Assembly (NCBI GenBank): GCA_951406725.2
Contig: OX597824.1
Location: 59,582,001-59,646,000 of the forward strand
Direction of reading: 5' to 3'
Source: Octopus vulgaris
Taxonomy: Eukaryota
DNA length: 64,000 bases
The first letter of the stretch is position 1, and each line of letters starts with the position of its first letter. A program made the translations under genes and the position numbers. This document shows, in pieces, positions 53,372 through 64,000 of this stretch. The notes below the pieces were generated by a model. The model made no database searches. It was not told where the DNA came from and worked only from the letters and a program-made list of their open reading frames with translations.

Positions 53372-55219
53372 AAAAGTTTGGCCACATCACCAGCGATGAT
53401 GTGGCCAACCTTTTCATGGTATGGTGGGACAGAAGGCTTAAAGAACGCCTAACACAGAACTCCATACTCGTAAACATGTACTCTCTCGCTATGTTGATGA
53501 TATCAACATAGTGGTAAAAGCACCCCCACAAGAGAATAATGTTGATATAGTAATAGAAACTAATACTATGGAGAGCATCCAACAAATAGCTAACTCCATC
53601 CACCAGAGTATTATGGTCACAATAGACTACCCCACTAAACACCCCAACCATAGACTACCAGTACTAGACACTGAACTCTGGCTAGAAATTGTGAATAATA
53701 AAACCCAAATCCTTCATTCATACTATGCCAAACCTATGGCCTCAAAATACTTGATCCACCGGAACTCAGCCATTGCGGACAATGCCAAATTCAATATGTT
53801 GATGGCAGACCTCGTCAGAATAATGAAAAATGTGTCACGCATGTGCGAGCCCACAGAGTTAAAGAGACACATACAATATTTCATTCACCGCATGCAGTTC
53901 TCAGGTTATAGCCATAAAGAAAGGATCAGAGTATACAAAGGAGCCATGAAGAAATTTGATAATATATTATGTAATGATAGGAATGGGATTTGCCCTCTCT
54001 ATAGGAACAAGTCATGGAACACTATAGAAAGGACAAAGAAGAACATAGGGAAGGCCAACTCTTGGTATGATAGCCATAAATACCAGTGTCATGTTCGTTG
54101 ACACCACCCCTGGAGGTGAACTGGTGTACCGCTTTAGAAGGACCCTAGACAAACTTAAGTTAAGAATTAAGGTTGTTGAAAAGCCAGGCAACCCTATCAA
54201 ATCTATAATTGGTAGAACCTATCCTTTTAGTAGAACCCCCTGTACGGATAAGTACTGTACTATATGTAGATTTAGCCCACAAACTGTAAAGCCAGAAATG
54301 TAGTCTATAGTATAAGATGTATAGCGGGACGATGCAGTAACAAGACAACGACATACGTAGGGGAAACGGCAAGAAGCATAGGAGAGCGGGTAAATGGTCA
54401 TTGGAGACAACTCAAGGAAGGTAAAAGCTCATCGATTCTGTACCAACACGCCGAACAGGAACACGGGGGATCAATCAACAATATAGAAATTAAAATATTG
54501 TCCACACATACAACAGATGCAACATTCAGTCGAATTACAGAAGCTACACACATAATAGAAAATAAACCTAGCCTGATTAGAAAACTAGAATGGAGTACTA
54601 GCACACACCACAACATATGACGATAGAGGATCCCGAAAACATAATAAATACACAGATAAATAACTATATATATATATATCTTTTTTTTCGATTCGATTTA
54701 TTATTATTATTATTACTAGTATTGTTGTTATACATACAAGCATATGTAATGATAATAATAAGTGGATGTAAACACGAACAAAATAAGAATAAACGAAAAC
54801 AACAACAAAAACAAAATACAAATTACATGAACGTATATAAACAGAAGATACAAATATTACATGCATCCCCCCACATACACACACTAAATAAACATAGACG
54901 CACATAGAGATATAAGCATGCGCAAATGAAGACACAATAGAAATACAAAATGGCTGACGGTTAGTAAGGAGAGACACAAATAAGAAAGAAGAAAACAAAG
55001 GACCACTGATCCGGTCACAGGAGTGTGACGAAAGAACTCTGGCCGAAATAAGATTAAGATTAATGTAAAAAATAAATAACACTGAAGCGAAATAACACCA
55101 AATATATAGTGCGTGTGTTTGTAGTGGCTAAACTGGCAAAATGACCATTCCGAAATATAACAATATCTGTTTCAACACACGACTTCACATAAAACATCTT
55201 GCACAACAAATCTTTAAAC

Positions 55220-55222
<3 letters not shown>
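53372..55222 (+). mobile_element. Penelope-like element (Neptune-like), 5'-truncated
   Basis: VANLFMVWWDR, RYVDDIN, LPVLD, YAKPMAS, MQFSGY, VMFVDTTPGGEL, YVGETARSIGER (GIY-YIG); ends at (TA)n. Confidence 0.88.
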
Positions 55223-55259
<37 letters not shown>

Positions 55260-55262
<3 letters not shown>

Positions 55263-56097
55263 AAGGGTGGAAAGGAACACACGAGTTGATATATATGAAA
55301 AAACAAGTCAAAAATAGAAAATGCTAAGATGATTTTATAGTGAATCTTTCAGTACCAGTTTCGGTCATTTTGAGACCTTTTCAACTGTAACGATTAAATA
55401 ATTAAATTTAGAAAAATTAGAAGAAAAGTTTTTTTAAAAGAATATTTCTGTAGTAGTGTTCAGATATAAGTAGCATTCTGCCTTTCTCTGACTCCCTTGT
55501 TTGCACTTGTGTGTTCGAGGTCGTTTTGAGTTCTTGGTAGGATAGGTGAAGAATAATGATGAGGCTGATGTGGAGAGGGGTGGGGAAATCTGGGAATGCC
55601 TTAATGGTCGTATTTTGAATGGTCAGTGGCTGACAGTGGTTGACAGTAGTCGCAGTTCAATTCAGGAATTGTTTATGGAATTTGCGTAGGCGTTAACCTT
55701 GTCACTAATGTCTTTCAGGATAACGCCTACGCAAATTCCATAAACAATTCCTGAATTGTCAGCCACTGTCAGCCACTTTCAAAATACGACCATTAAGGCA
55801 TTCCCAGATTTCCCCACCCCTCTCCACATCAGCCTCATCATTATTCTTCACCTATCCTACCAAGAACTCAAAACGACCTCGAACACACAAGTGCAAACAA
55901 GGGAGTCAGAGAAAGGCAGAATGCTACTTATATCTGAACACTACTACAGAAATATTCTTTTAAAAAAACTTTTCTTCTAATTTTTCTAAATTTAATTATT
56001 TAATCGTTACAGTTGAAAAAGGTCTCAAAATGACCGAAACCGGTACTGAAAGATTCACTATAAAATCATCTTAGCATTTTCTATTTTTTACTTGTTT

Positions 56098-56107
<10 letters not shown>
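55260..56107. mobile_element. PLE-derived ~400-bp near-perfect fold-back in (TA)n
   Basis: 55290-55696 inverted at 55721-56107 with few substitutions and small indels; ~24-nt loop. Confidence 0.9.
56002..56055 (+). ncRNA. Minimal hammerhead motif, U3-A8 variant (mirror copy at ~55343-55395 minus)
   Basis: cag TTGAAAA A GGTC-TCAAAAT-GACC GAAA CCGG TA^ ctg. Confidence 0.6.
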
Positions 56108-56145
<38 letters not shown>

Positions 56146-56194
56146 GCACATATACACACAAAAGAACGTGTATATATTTGTGATTAATGCTAAC

Positions 56195-56312
56195 CTTAAT
56201 GTAGTCGGATAGATTTCAGGAGTATATAACCATAAACCACCAAAGGCACCACTGATACCGATCATTCCAAGCAAAGACAAAACTACTGTAGAAGTATTGA
56301 TGGCGTCACTGT
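56195..56312 (-). CDS. SLC22-family transporter exon
   Basis: ttacag|AC ... AG|gttagc; 118 nt; SDAINTSTVVLSLLGMIGISGAFGGLWLYTPEIYPTTLR (E.YPT..R motif). Confidence 0.92.
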
Positions 56313-56752
56313 CTGTAAATAGAAAATAGAGGTCAACATTATCACAAACTCAAAACAGGTTGCTTCTGGGCTTCTAGATAGAAATGAAAATATGTGATGC
56401 TTATTCATCTCATATTATGGGTTGACAACCGAAAACGAGCAAATATGAATTCAATTCAAACATTATTTTATATATTTAACTTCTGATCAGTTGATATCTT
56501 CTTTTCGATGATAACAACACCAACAACCACATTTGATGATACCTTCTAGATGTATAAATGGTAACCTGGTAATTTTTTAAAAATTCGCTAAAAAAATTCA
56601 CTGATATTTAATAGACTTGGCCTCGAATTTTTTGGATTATTCAAATATATCTGACCTTATGTCAGTGCAATTTGATCTTTAACCGCTTCATGCAAAGAGA
56701 GTTAAACACAAAATAGAAAAAATTGCATAAATCAGATGACTTACCTTTTCCT

Positions 56753-56835
<83 letters not shown>

Positions 56836-56983
56836 GGTCCCGGGTGATTCGGGGTTAACCACAGTAAATAAGGTACTCAATAATACAGAGTAAAATAATT
56901 TATTATATAGAAATTAGACTATCTTCCTGATTTCTCTTGAATGAAACAGTTCTAGTCCTGTAGAAGCCCTTCATATAATAAAT

Positions 56984-57036
<53 letters not shown>

Positions 57037-57238
57037 CGCTATCTCTATCTCTTTCTGTTCCCCTCTCTCTGTTAACAAGATCGTCTTAAATATTCAAGAT
57101 AAAAGCGTAAAGAGAAAGATAAGTGTGCGATCAAGTTAACATTTCTGCTTTTTGTTATGTCACTTCATACAATCTCGTTTTAGAAAGATCTTCTGGTCAA
57201 TCATTGTTGTGTTTGCATTGAATCTCAGTGTGTGTTCA

Positions 57239-57272
<34 letters not shown>

Positions 57273-57748
57273 TGTGTGTGTGTGTGTGCGTGTGTGTGTG
57301 TGTGTGTGCGTGCATGCCTGTCGAGTCTTTTCATCGCCATGTGATTTTCCTTGTTCACGTAGTGTTTGTTTTTTTCGTTTATACACTGACCGCTCTCATT
57401 CCGTTTCTAAATTAGCTTAATTTATTCTGTTTCATGCAGTGAATATGTCAGAGTTTTGTAAGGGAAATATTAATAGCTTTATATTAGTGTAGTGTAGTTT
57501 GGAATTTTGTGAGATCTACTGCACCGAAAGTCTTGTGTTGTCAAGGCCAAGTGGTGTTTGTTCTGTGTCCATTTACATACACTCCCTTATCCTTTTCACC
57601 AGGAGAAATGAAATCTCTTATTAGATAATGATGAGAGGAATTGCCATATATATATATATATATAGAGAGATATATATATAGCTATATATATATATATATA
57701 ATCAACTTTTTGTGCATAAATATTGCCGATAAAAGCTAGGTGTCTTAC

Positions 57749-57834
57749 CACCGACTGACTTCAGAACTGCCACGGTTAACAATGTCACAGCTGAGGCACC
57801 AATAAGAATTATGATGGCTTTCTTCCGTCCAAAT
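57749..57834 (-). CDS. SLC22-family transporter exon
   Basis: tttttcag|A ... G|gtaaga; 86 nt; FGRKKAIIILIGASAVTLLTVAVLKSVG (MFS xGRK loop plus a TM helix); not in the ORF track. Confidence 0.88.
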
Positions 57835-58076
57835 CTGAAAAATGGTACAAAATAAGATTCTGGTGGTGAGCTTGAATGATGAGTTTCATAGACTGGTACA
57901 TGGAGTAAATTATCTCAGATATCGTAGTAGACCTTTCAGTGATATGTACAATGCAATAAAGAAAGGCAGCGACGGAGAGAGTGAGAAGGAAAGAGAGCGA
58001 GATAAAAGTAGAGAGTGAGAAGGGTAGGAAGGATTGAAAGAGAGAGAGGGTGGAGAGAGAGAGACAGAAAGAGAGA

Positions 58077-58077
58077 C

Positions 58078-58152
<75 letters not shown>
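58077..58152. repeat. (GAAA)n microsatellite
   Basis: Direct reading. Confidence 0.95.
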
Positions 58153-58159
<7 letters not shown>

Positions 58160-58783
58160 CTCCAATGTTTGACTGGCTTATATTTTCGAAAGGACAAAAG
58201 ATAAAGTTGACCTCGAAGGACTGGAGTTCAGAGCTGGAACAACGATTGCGAAAGGCAGTCAAAATGATTCTTTCACAATTCCACAAGTTAGCCGCCTGAA
58301 ATCATATCTTTTTGTCTTAGATGAAAGCAAGGCATATTTGATAACACAGTTGAAAATAGAATGTGTTTGGAAACAAGAGGCAAAATTATAGCAATTGGAA
58401 TTGTTTTGATCATAGACAGATGATCTAAGGTTATTCTGGGGTATACATAATAACAAAACTTGTAAAATTATTGTACTTACAATCACCAGCCCCTGTTCAA
58501 TATTTCATTCATCTACCCCAACTCTCTGTCTGTCTGTCTCTCCCCCCTTTTCACTCTTTCTCCCTTTCTCTCTCTTTATAACATCCATCGTTACTTTAAT
58601 GTACACATCTCATAACACATAAAGCTTTTAGCGAGCCCTGATCATTTGTCACCAGAATGCTCTGTATCAGTTAATGATTTATCCACCCTGTAATCTTCAT
58701 TAATCTTCTAAATTAAGATTTAGAACGCACATGTGTTAAAAACATTCACACAAATACAAATATCTTTCTGTCTGCCTGTCTGC

Positions 58784-58841
<58 letters not shown>

Positions 58842-58873
58842 GTAAGTGAATCAAATATAAAATATTTACGAAC

Positions 58874-59008
58874 AGCGAGAATAATTTGTAGACGAGGAAA
58901 CTGGAGGGAAGTTCCATGGCTGCAGTGAGGAAGAAATTCAAATGACGGTCACCAGACAAACTACTGGAGGTCAAGTAGAGTCCGAAATATGTCAAACTGG
59001 TAATGAGC
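58874..59008 (-). CDS. SLC22-family transporter exon
   Basis: tttcag|G acceptor, phase 2 matching previous exon (TG|G=W); LITSLTYFGLYLTSSSLSGDRHLNFFLTAAMELPSSFLVYKLFS (Y.GL......L.G..YLNFF.....E.P motif); donor CT|gttcgt needed for phase. Confidence 0.9.
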
Positions 59009-59136
59009 CTGAAATACAAGGGAAACAAGACAGACATTTGGCTTTTGTTCTTTCTTAAAAGTATTATTACACATAGTGTTCAGTTTTTTGTTTTAAATTA
59101 TCAAATATAACTATTTTTGTTTTATATGTATTTGTG

Positions 59137-59545
59137 GCGCAGTCGTGGCTGTTTAGTAAGAAGTTTGCTTCCCAACCACATGATTCCAGGTTAAGTCCCA
59201 CTACGTTGCACTTTGAGCAGGTGTCTTCTGCTATAGCCTCGGGCTGACCAAAGCCTTGTGAGTAGATGTGGTAGACGGAAACTGAAAAAGCCCGTCGTAT
59301 ATACATATATGCATATATATCAGCGTGTGTGGCTGTGTTTGTCCCCATCCACCCACCACTCGACAACTGGTGTTGGTGTGTTTACGTCTCAGTAAACTAG
59401 CGGTTCAACTTAAGACATCGATAGAATAAGTTGCTGGCTTTATTAAAATAAGAGCTGGGGTTAATTCATTAGAATAAAATTTCAAGGCCGTGCCCCAGCA
59501 TGGCCACAGCCCGATGACTGAAATAAGTAAAAAGTTAAAAATAAA
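59137..59545 (+). mobile_element. tRNA-derived SINE (family of 25733)
   Basis: Same head, CTATAGCCTCGGGC core and CCCAGCATGGCCACAG tail. Confidence 0.82.
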
Positions 59546-60964
59546 TTATGCATCTACCACGAGTCCTGAGTTTCTAAGACGTTGCTGTTAACCTTCGGAA
59601 ATCAACAGTGAAGTTTGTGGAAGTCTTAGTCGAACGCCGGTGAGTGTAACCATGGTATGCTGCATGAACAGCTAAGAGCAATAATACCTGGCTGCAGACC
59701 ACCAGGTATGTCACCATTGTCTGGTGATTTCGCTCAACGACAGACATGAGCACTCTGCTGGTTTGTTCGCCAAATTTACTCGATAAAAGGCACCTAACGC
59801 CTGCTCGCAGGACGCTGCCGGATCGTGTGGCTGGGGTTTTAGTAAATGTAAAGAATGTTTTACAAGAGCTATATATTTCCAATATCTGGTTGTGCCTTTC
59901 ACAATCCTGCGTCTGCCACGACCAAATATAAGGAATTTTGCTTAATTAAAGGATAGCTTTATGAGTATAAAAGATGCGAACATTAAATGATAGATTCAAT
60001 ATGTGTTATTTTTAATCTTAAAGGCAATGACTCTGATATTTTGCTCGTTGTTGGCCTCGTTAGTCTTTCGACGCTTACTACTTGCAAAACTTAGAAGTCA
60101 CTATCAATAAAATTATTAATAGTATATTTTGCATTGTAATTTGTAAATTATATATTATGATAATAGGTTTACTGCATTTGTTAAGTTGGCGAATAACAAA
60201 TATGGTAAGGGATTGCCTGTAATTCAGTACAAAGAAATTCATTCGATGTCCATCTGCTTGTTATGATGCCTAGCTTATTTGTTGATATAAATGTTTGTAT
60301 ATATGCATTCGTACATGTATGCATAATTTTGAATTAAGATGTAAAGTACATTATACATGTATAATGCACTTTACATCTTAATTCAAAAGCGAAATATTAA
60401 TTGCAAAAGTGCTCAATAAGAAATTCAAAATAAATAAATTAGAGCAGTGGCTTACTCTTGATAAATGAAAAGAACGGAAAGGAAAGAATATAGCACAATG
60501 TAGACTTGTGCATATTACCTGCACTGATTCCAGTTACAATATACTTGGAAGGAACCGATCAACATGAGATTATAAAAGAAGGATTTTGCTTAAAGCTCTA
60601 CGCAAAACCACGAAGATGCAAATATATCTTCTTAACAACGCCGCCATGTCGGTGTCTAAATTTCTCTACCATAAATGAGCAGTTCGTTTGCGATCACAAT
60701 CTTAAAAGTGCATGGACGGCGGAATTTTCGATAAAGTTCGAAAAGAGTTCGAGTCTCATCTATTGATGGTGAACTAATAATGGTTTCCACGTTTTGTACT
60801 AAGCTAGCAATTTTAAAAGAGCGGGCATGTCGATTGCATGTGCTAGTACTTATAATATTAATTCCTAAAATGATGAAAGGCAAAGTCGACATCGGTGACA
60901 TTTGAAATCAGGAAAGAATTTTGTCCAGAGCAGTAACAATTCTGCCAGCTCGCCGCCTAAATAA

Positions 60965-61005
<41 letters not shown>

Positions 61006-61039
61006 ATAATAACAGCAATAATAACAACAATAATAATAA

Positions 61040-61250
61040 TCCTTTCTATTATAGGCTCAAAGCCTGAAATTCGGAGAAGGGTACAGACAATTACATTGAC
61101 CCCAGTACTCGATTGGAACATAATTTATCGACCCTGAAAGGATAAAAAGCAAAGTCGACATGGGTTGAGTCTGAACTCAGAACTTTAAAGCCAGACAAAA
61201 TACCGCTAAGCATTTTGCCCGGCGCGCAAACGATTCTTCCAGCTCGACAC
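61040..61250 (-). mobile_element. SINE (family of 9185), diverged
   Basis: Reverse complement of head and GTCGACTTTGC..TT.ATCCTTTC.GGGTCGAT core. Confidence 0.7.
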
Positions 61251-61788
61251 CTTAACAACACTAATAACAGGAACATGAATAAGAACAACAGCTTCAACAA
61301 CAATAACAATGGTTTAAAATTTTGGTACAATGGCCAGTAATTTTAGAAGATTACATCGACCCCAGGCCTGAACTGGTACTAGTTTTATTGAGCAAAGTTG
61401 ACCTCTGCGAGTCTTAAACTCTGAAACTAAAGAGCCGGAAGAAATGTCGCTTTGCATTTTCTCCGACACGCCATTGATACTCCCATTTCACTGCCTTATT
61501 TTATGATTTAGGCACTAGGTCAGCAATATTAAGAGCAATGGATAGGTCGATGCTACGGATTCCGTTGTTTCACTGGTATTGCACTGTAATATTTCACTGG
61601 TATTGCAGTGTAGTATTTCACTAGTATTACAGTGCAGCTTATTTAGATCACCTTCTTGTAATTTCTTGATGCCTGCAGTGTGAGTAGAATTCATAACATA
61701 AGGGATCGTAAGTAAGAACAGAATGCTTTATTGTGTCTCTCGAGCTAAACATTCCAATGTCCATCACCTTAATAACAGTAAAATAATT

Positions 61789-61997
61789 AGCAGAATCGTT
61801 AGCACGCCGGGCAAAATGCTTGGCAATATTTCGTTCGTCTTTACGTTTTGAGTTCAAATCCCGCCAAGGTCGACTTTGCCTTTCATTATTTGCGGGGAGG
61901 GGTCAATGAAATAATTACCAGTTACACACTAGGATCGATGTAACTGACTTAATCCCTTCCCCCAAATTTGAGGCCTTGTGCTTCCAGTAGAAAGGGT
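61789..61997 (+). mobile_element. SINE (family of 9185), ending ~25 bp from an exon donor
   Basis: GCAGAATCGTTAGCACGCCGGGC head, GAGTTCAAATCCCGCC B-box-like. Confidence 0.8.
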
Positions 61998-62022
61998 TAT
62001 TATTAAGAAGAAGAAGAATTAC

Positions 62023-62331
62023 CATGCGAACATGATAACTAGTGTCATGTTTCTGGTTGTTCTGTATTTCATCATGGTCCACAATCCAAGCGCAGTTTCT
62101 TTAGGATGAACTTCGGCTTCGTCTTCAGGGTTTGTTCCATTTCTGTCAATCAGTTCTTTGGACTGTTCACCTAATCGATGCATTTCCATGGCAGATTCAT
62201 TAGATTTCAGACATTTTGTCCATGCCGCTTCGAAATCGACTCCGTTAAGTTTTGCTGCGCGTTTCACAATTCTTTCGGCTTCTACAATTTTCCCTTTTGC
62301 GAACAACCATCGAAAGCTTTCTCTTAAGTAC
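62023..62331 (-). CDS. SLC22-family transporter, internal exon (first exon visible in window)
   Basis: cag|G acceptor and TG|gtaatt donor; 309 nt; reads YLRESFRWLFAKGKIVEAERIVKRAAKLNG...RNMTLVIMFAW, matching the SLC22 (P)ESPRWL...G+..EA..I...AA..NG loop and start of TM7. Confidence 0.93.
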
Positions 62332-62381
62332 CTGCATAATATGAATATGAATATGCATGTATGTATGTATGTTTGTATGTA

Positions 62382-62419
<38 letters not shown>

Positions 62420-62480
62420 GTATTTCGTTTTTGGATTTGGTTTGTAAGATTCTTTATATGAGTTCGTGTGCTGAAGCATA

Positions 62481-62677
62481 TTCTGTTGTGTCTGGGGAGA
62501 GTCATTTTCTTTTGGTGCCTTATAATTTAACACACACACCAGCAAAATTTCCACTGATTTCTTATTTTTATTTTCCTAAAATTTTCGTTACGTCTTGTAA
62601 CCTTTTCAATAGTCTTGACTCTGTTAGTTATTTACACTGCGTTCCTTTTTGTTTGTTTGTGCGCATGTATGTGGGTC

Positions 62678-62711
<34 letters not shown>

Positions 62712-63421
62712 TGTGTGTGTGCCTATGCATGCATGTACGTATGTATGTATGTATGTATGTATGTATGTATGTATGTATGTATGTATGTATGTATATATGT
62801 ACGCATGTGTGTGTATATATAGGTGTGTGTATGCATACATATATATATGTATGTATGTGTGTGCATCTGTATGTATGTATGTATTCTGCATATTCACGTG
62901 CTTGCATGTCCGCGTTTGTGTATTTTCTATGTTATGTAGATATATGTATGTATGTGTGTGGGTGTGTGTGAGTGTATCTATGTTTTTTTTTTTGTATGTA
63001 AGCATATGGATATGAAAATAAACAAATCAATATACAGACGGATAGGTACATAGGTTATAAGAACAGTCAAGAACACATATGCAAATGGAGACTGAAACAC
63101 ATGACCACATATACATACACACTTTACTCCACACAAGGACACATATCGAGACACGGGTTCACACATATAGAGATGCACATCCATACATACAAACATGGTA
63201 CATAGTTGCAAAACACATACACACACTGACCCACACACATGCGCACAAACAAACAAAAAGGAATGCAGTGTAAATAATGGACAGAGCCAAAACTATTGAA
63301 AAGGTTGCAAGACGCAACGAAAATCGTAGAAAAATAAAAATAAGAAATCAATGAAGATTTTACCGGTGAGTGTGTTATATTATAAGGCACAAAAAGAAAA
63401 TGACTCTCCCCAGACACAACA

Positions 63422-63422
<1 letters not shown>
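62481..63422. mobile_element. Diverged inverted pair of PLE-type terminal repeats around a microsatellite-rich spacer
   Basis: 62481-62690 vs 63220-63422 inverted; each has TTGAAAA-G-GTTRC-AAGAC-GYAAC-GAAA. Confidence 0.8.
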
Positions 63423-63483
<61 letters not shown>

Positions 63484-63522
63484 GTGTGTGTGTGTGTGTG
63501 TGTGTGTGTATACACGTATATA

Positions 63523-64000
63523 CGAAGGGATGCTGAAAAGTTCCTGGCCTTCAGGGTATCGTGAAAGGGTAAAGCTGTTACATTTACAGAGATGGCAGGA
63601 CAACTATTCGGGGGACATGAAAAAAAATCATGCTGGCATACTATATATCTCTCTTCTTTGCAGATTTAACGCGTGATGGCAGCTCCTACAGTGGATGGCG
63701 AGATGAAGGAACTCCTAAATGATGGCTGCCCATCTTAATCCATAGTGAAAACCTGGGTGTCGAGGTTTCCAATTAGCCATTTTTAGGTCAGGACCACCAA
63801 CTTCTGTGACTACAGAGAACAAAGCCGGATTTCAGCTAAAGTCATAGCTGAGACTCTGTAGATTTTCCGCGAGAGAGTTGGCCACATTATCTACAACACT
63901 CTGGACATGAGAAGGCAAAATGGGTACCGAAATGCCTGAACGCAGAACAGAAGCACATCCGCGTAACGACATGAAAGGCTATTTTGGACCGCTTTGCACC
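63523..64000 (+). mobile_element. mariner, 5' part, runs off window
   Basis: TA|CGAAGGGATGCTGAAAAGTTCC TIR; SGPPTSVTTEN, KWVPKCLNAEQK. Confidence 0.75.

Noticed and set aside
54995-55050. Hammerhead in the Neptune-like PLE 3' region (CTGATCCG-GTCAC-AGGAGT-GTGAC-GAAA)
   Set aside because: G8/A9 absent and stems I and III not convincingly formable
56833-56985. Another PLE-type end in (TA)n with CCTGAT...GAAACAGTTCTAGTC
   Set aside because: Core incomplete and fragment too short to support a ribozyme call
59574-59931. GC-richer intronic segment with short ORFs
   Set aside because: No SLC22 similarity, not needed for exon phase continuity, and no assignable domain
61568-61640. Three ~24-bp tandem units
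   Set aside because: Local duplication within a decayed SINE-like remnant; no further structure

Overview
AT-rich, microsatellite-dense animal DNA that looks like Octopus, judged from recognisable octopus-type tRNA-derived SINE families (recognition, not a database hit). The only host gene I can support is the 3' half of an SLC22-family (organic cation/anion transporter-like, MFS) gene on the minus strand: six phase-compatible exons at 62331-47673, with the 5' exons outside the window. The rest is mostly decayed transposable elements. These include R4/Dong-clade RLE LINEs clustered in (TAA)n tracts, two L1/Tx1-type LINE 5' fragments, several Penelope-like elements (PLEs), a Helitron with both termini nested in a PLE, two hAT elements with 8-bp TSDs, mariner/Tc1 elements and SINEs. 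Three observations stand out. (1) PLE-derived fold-backs inside (TA)n carry minimal hammerhead motifs, several with a U3-A8 core variant, and three lie in the transporter's introns. (2) A (TAA)n-targeted retroelement nest includes a ~600-bp non-coding partner element and reiterated 5' ends. (3) Two diverged Tx1-type LINEs share a GTAAGT...(Y)n AG splice cassette between ORF1 and ORF2. Most ORFs in the supplied track are microsatellite translations or TE fragments.
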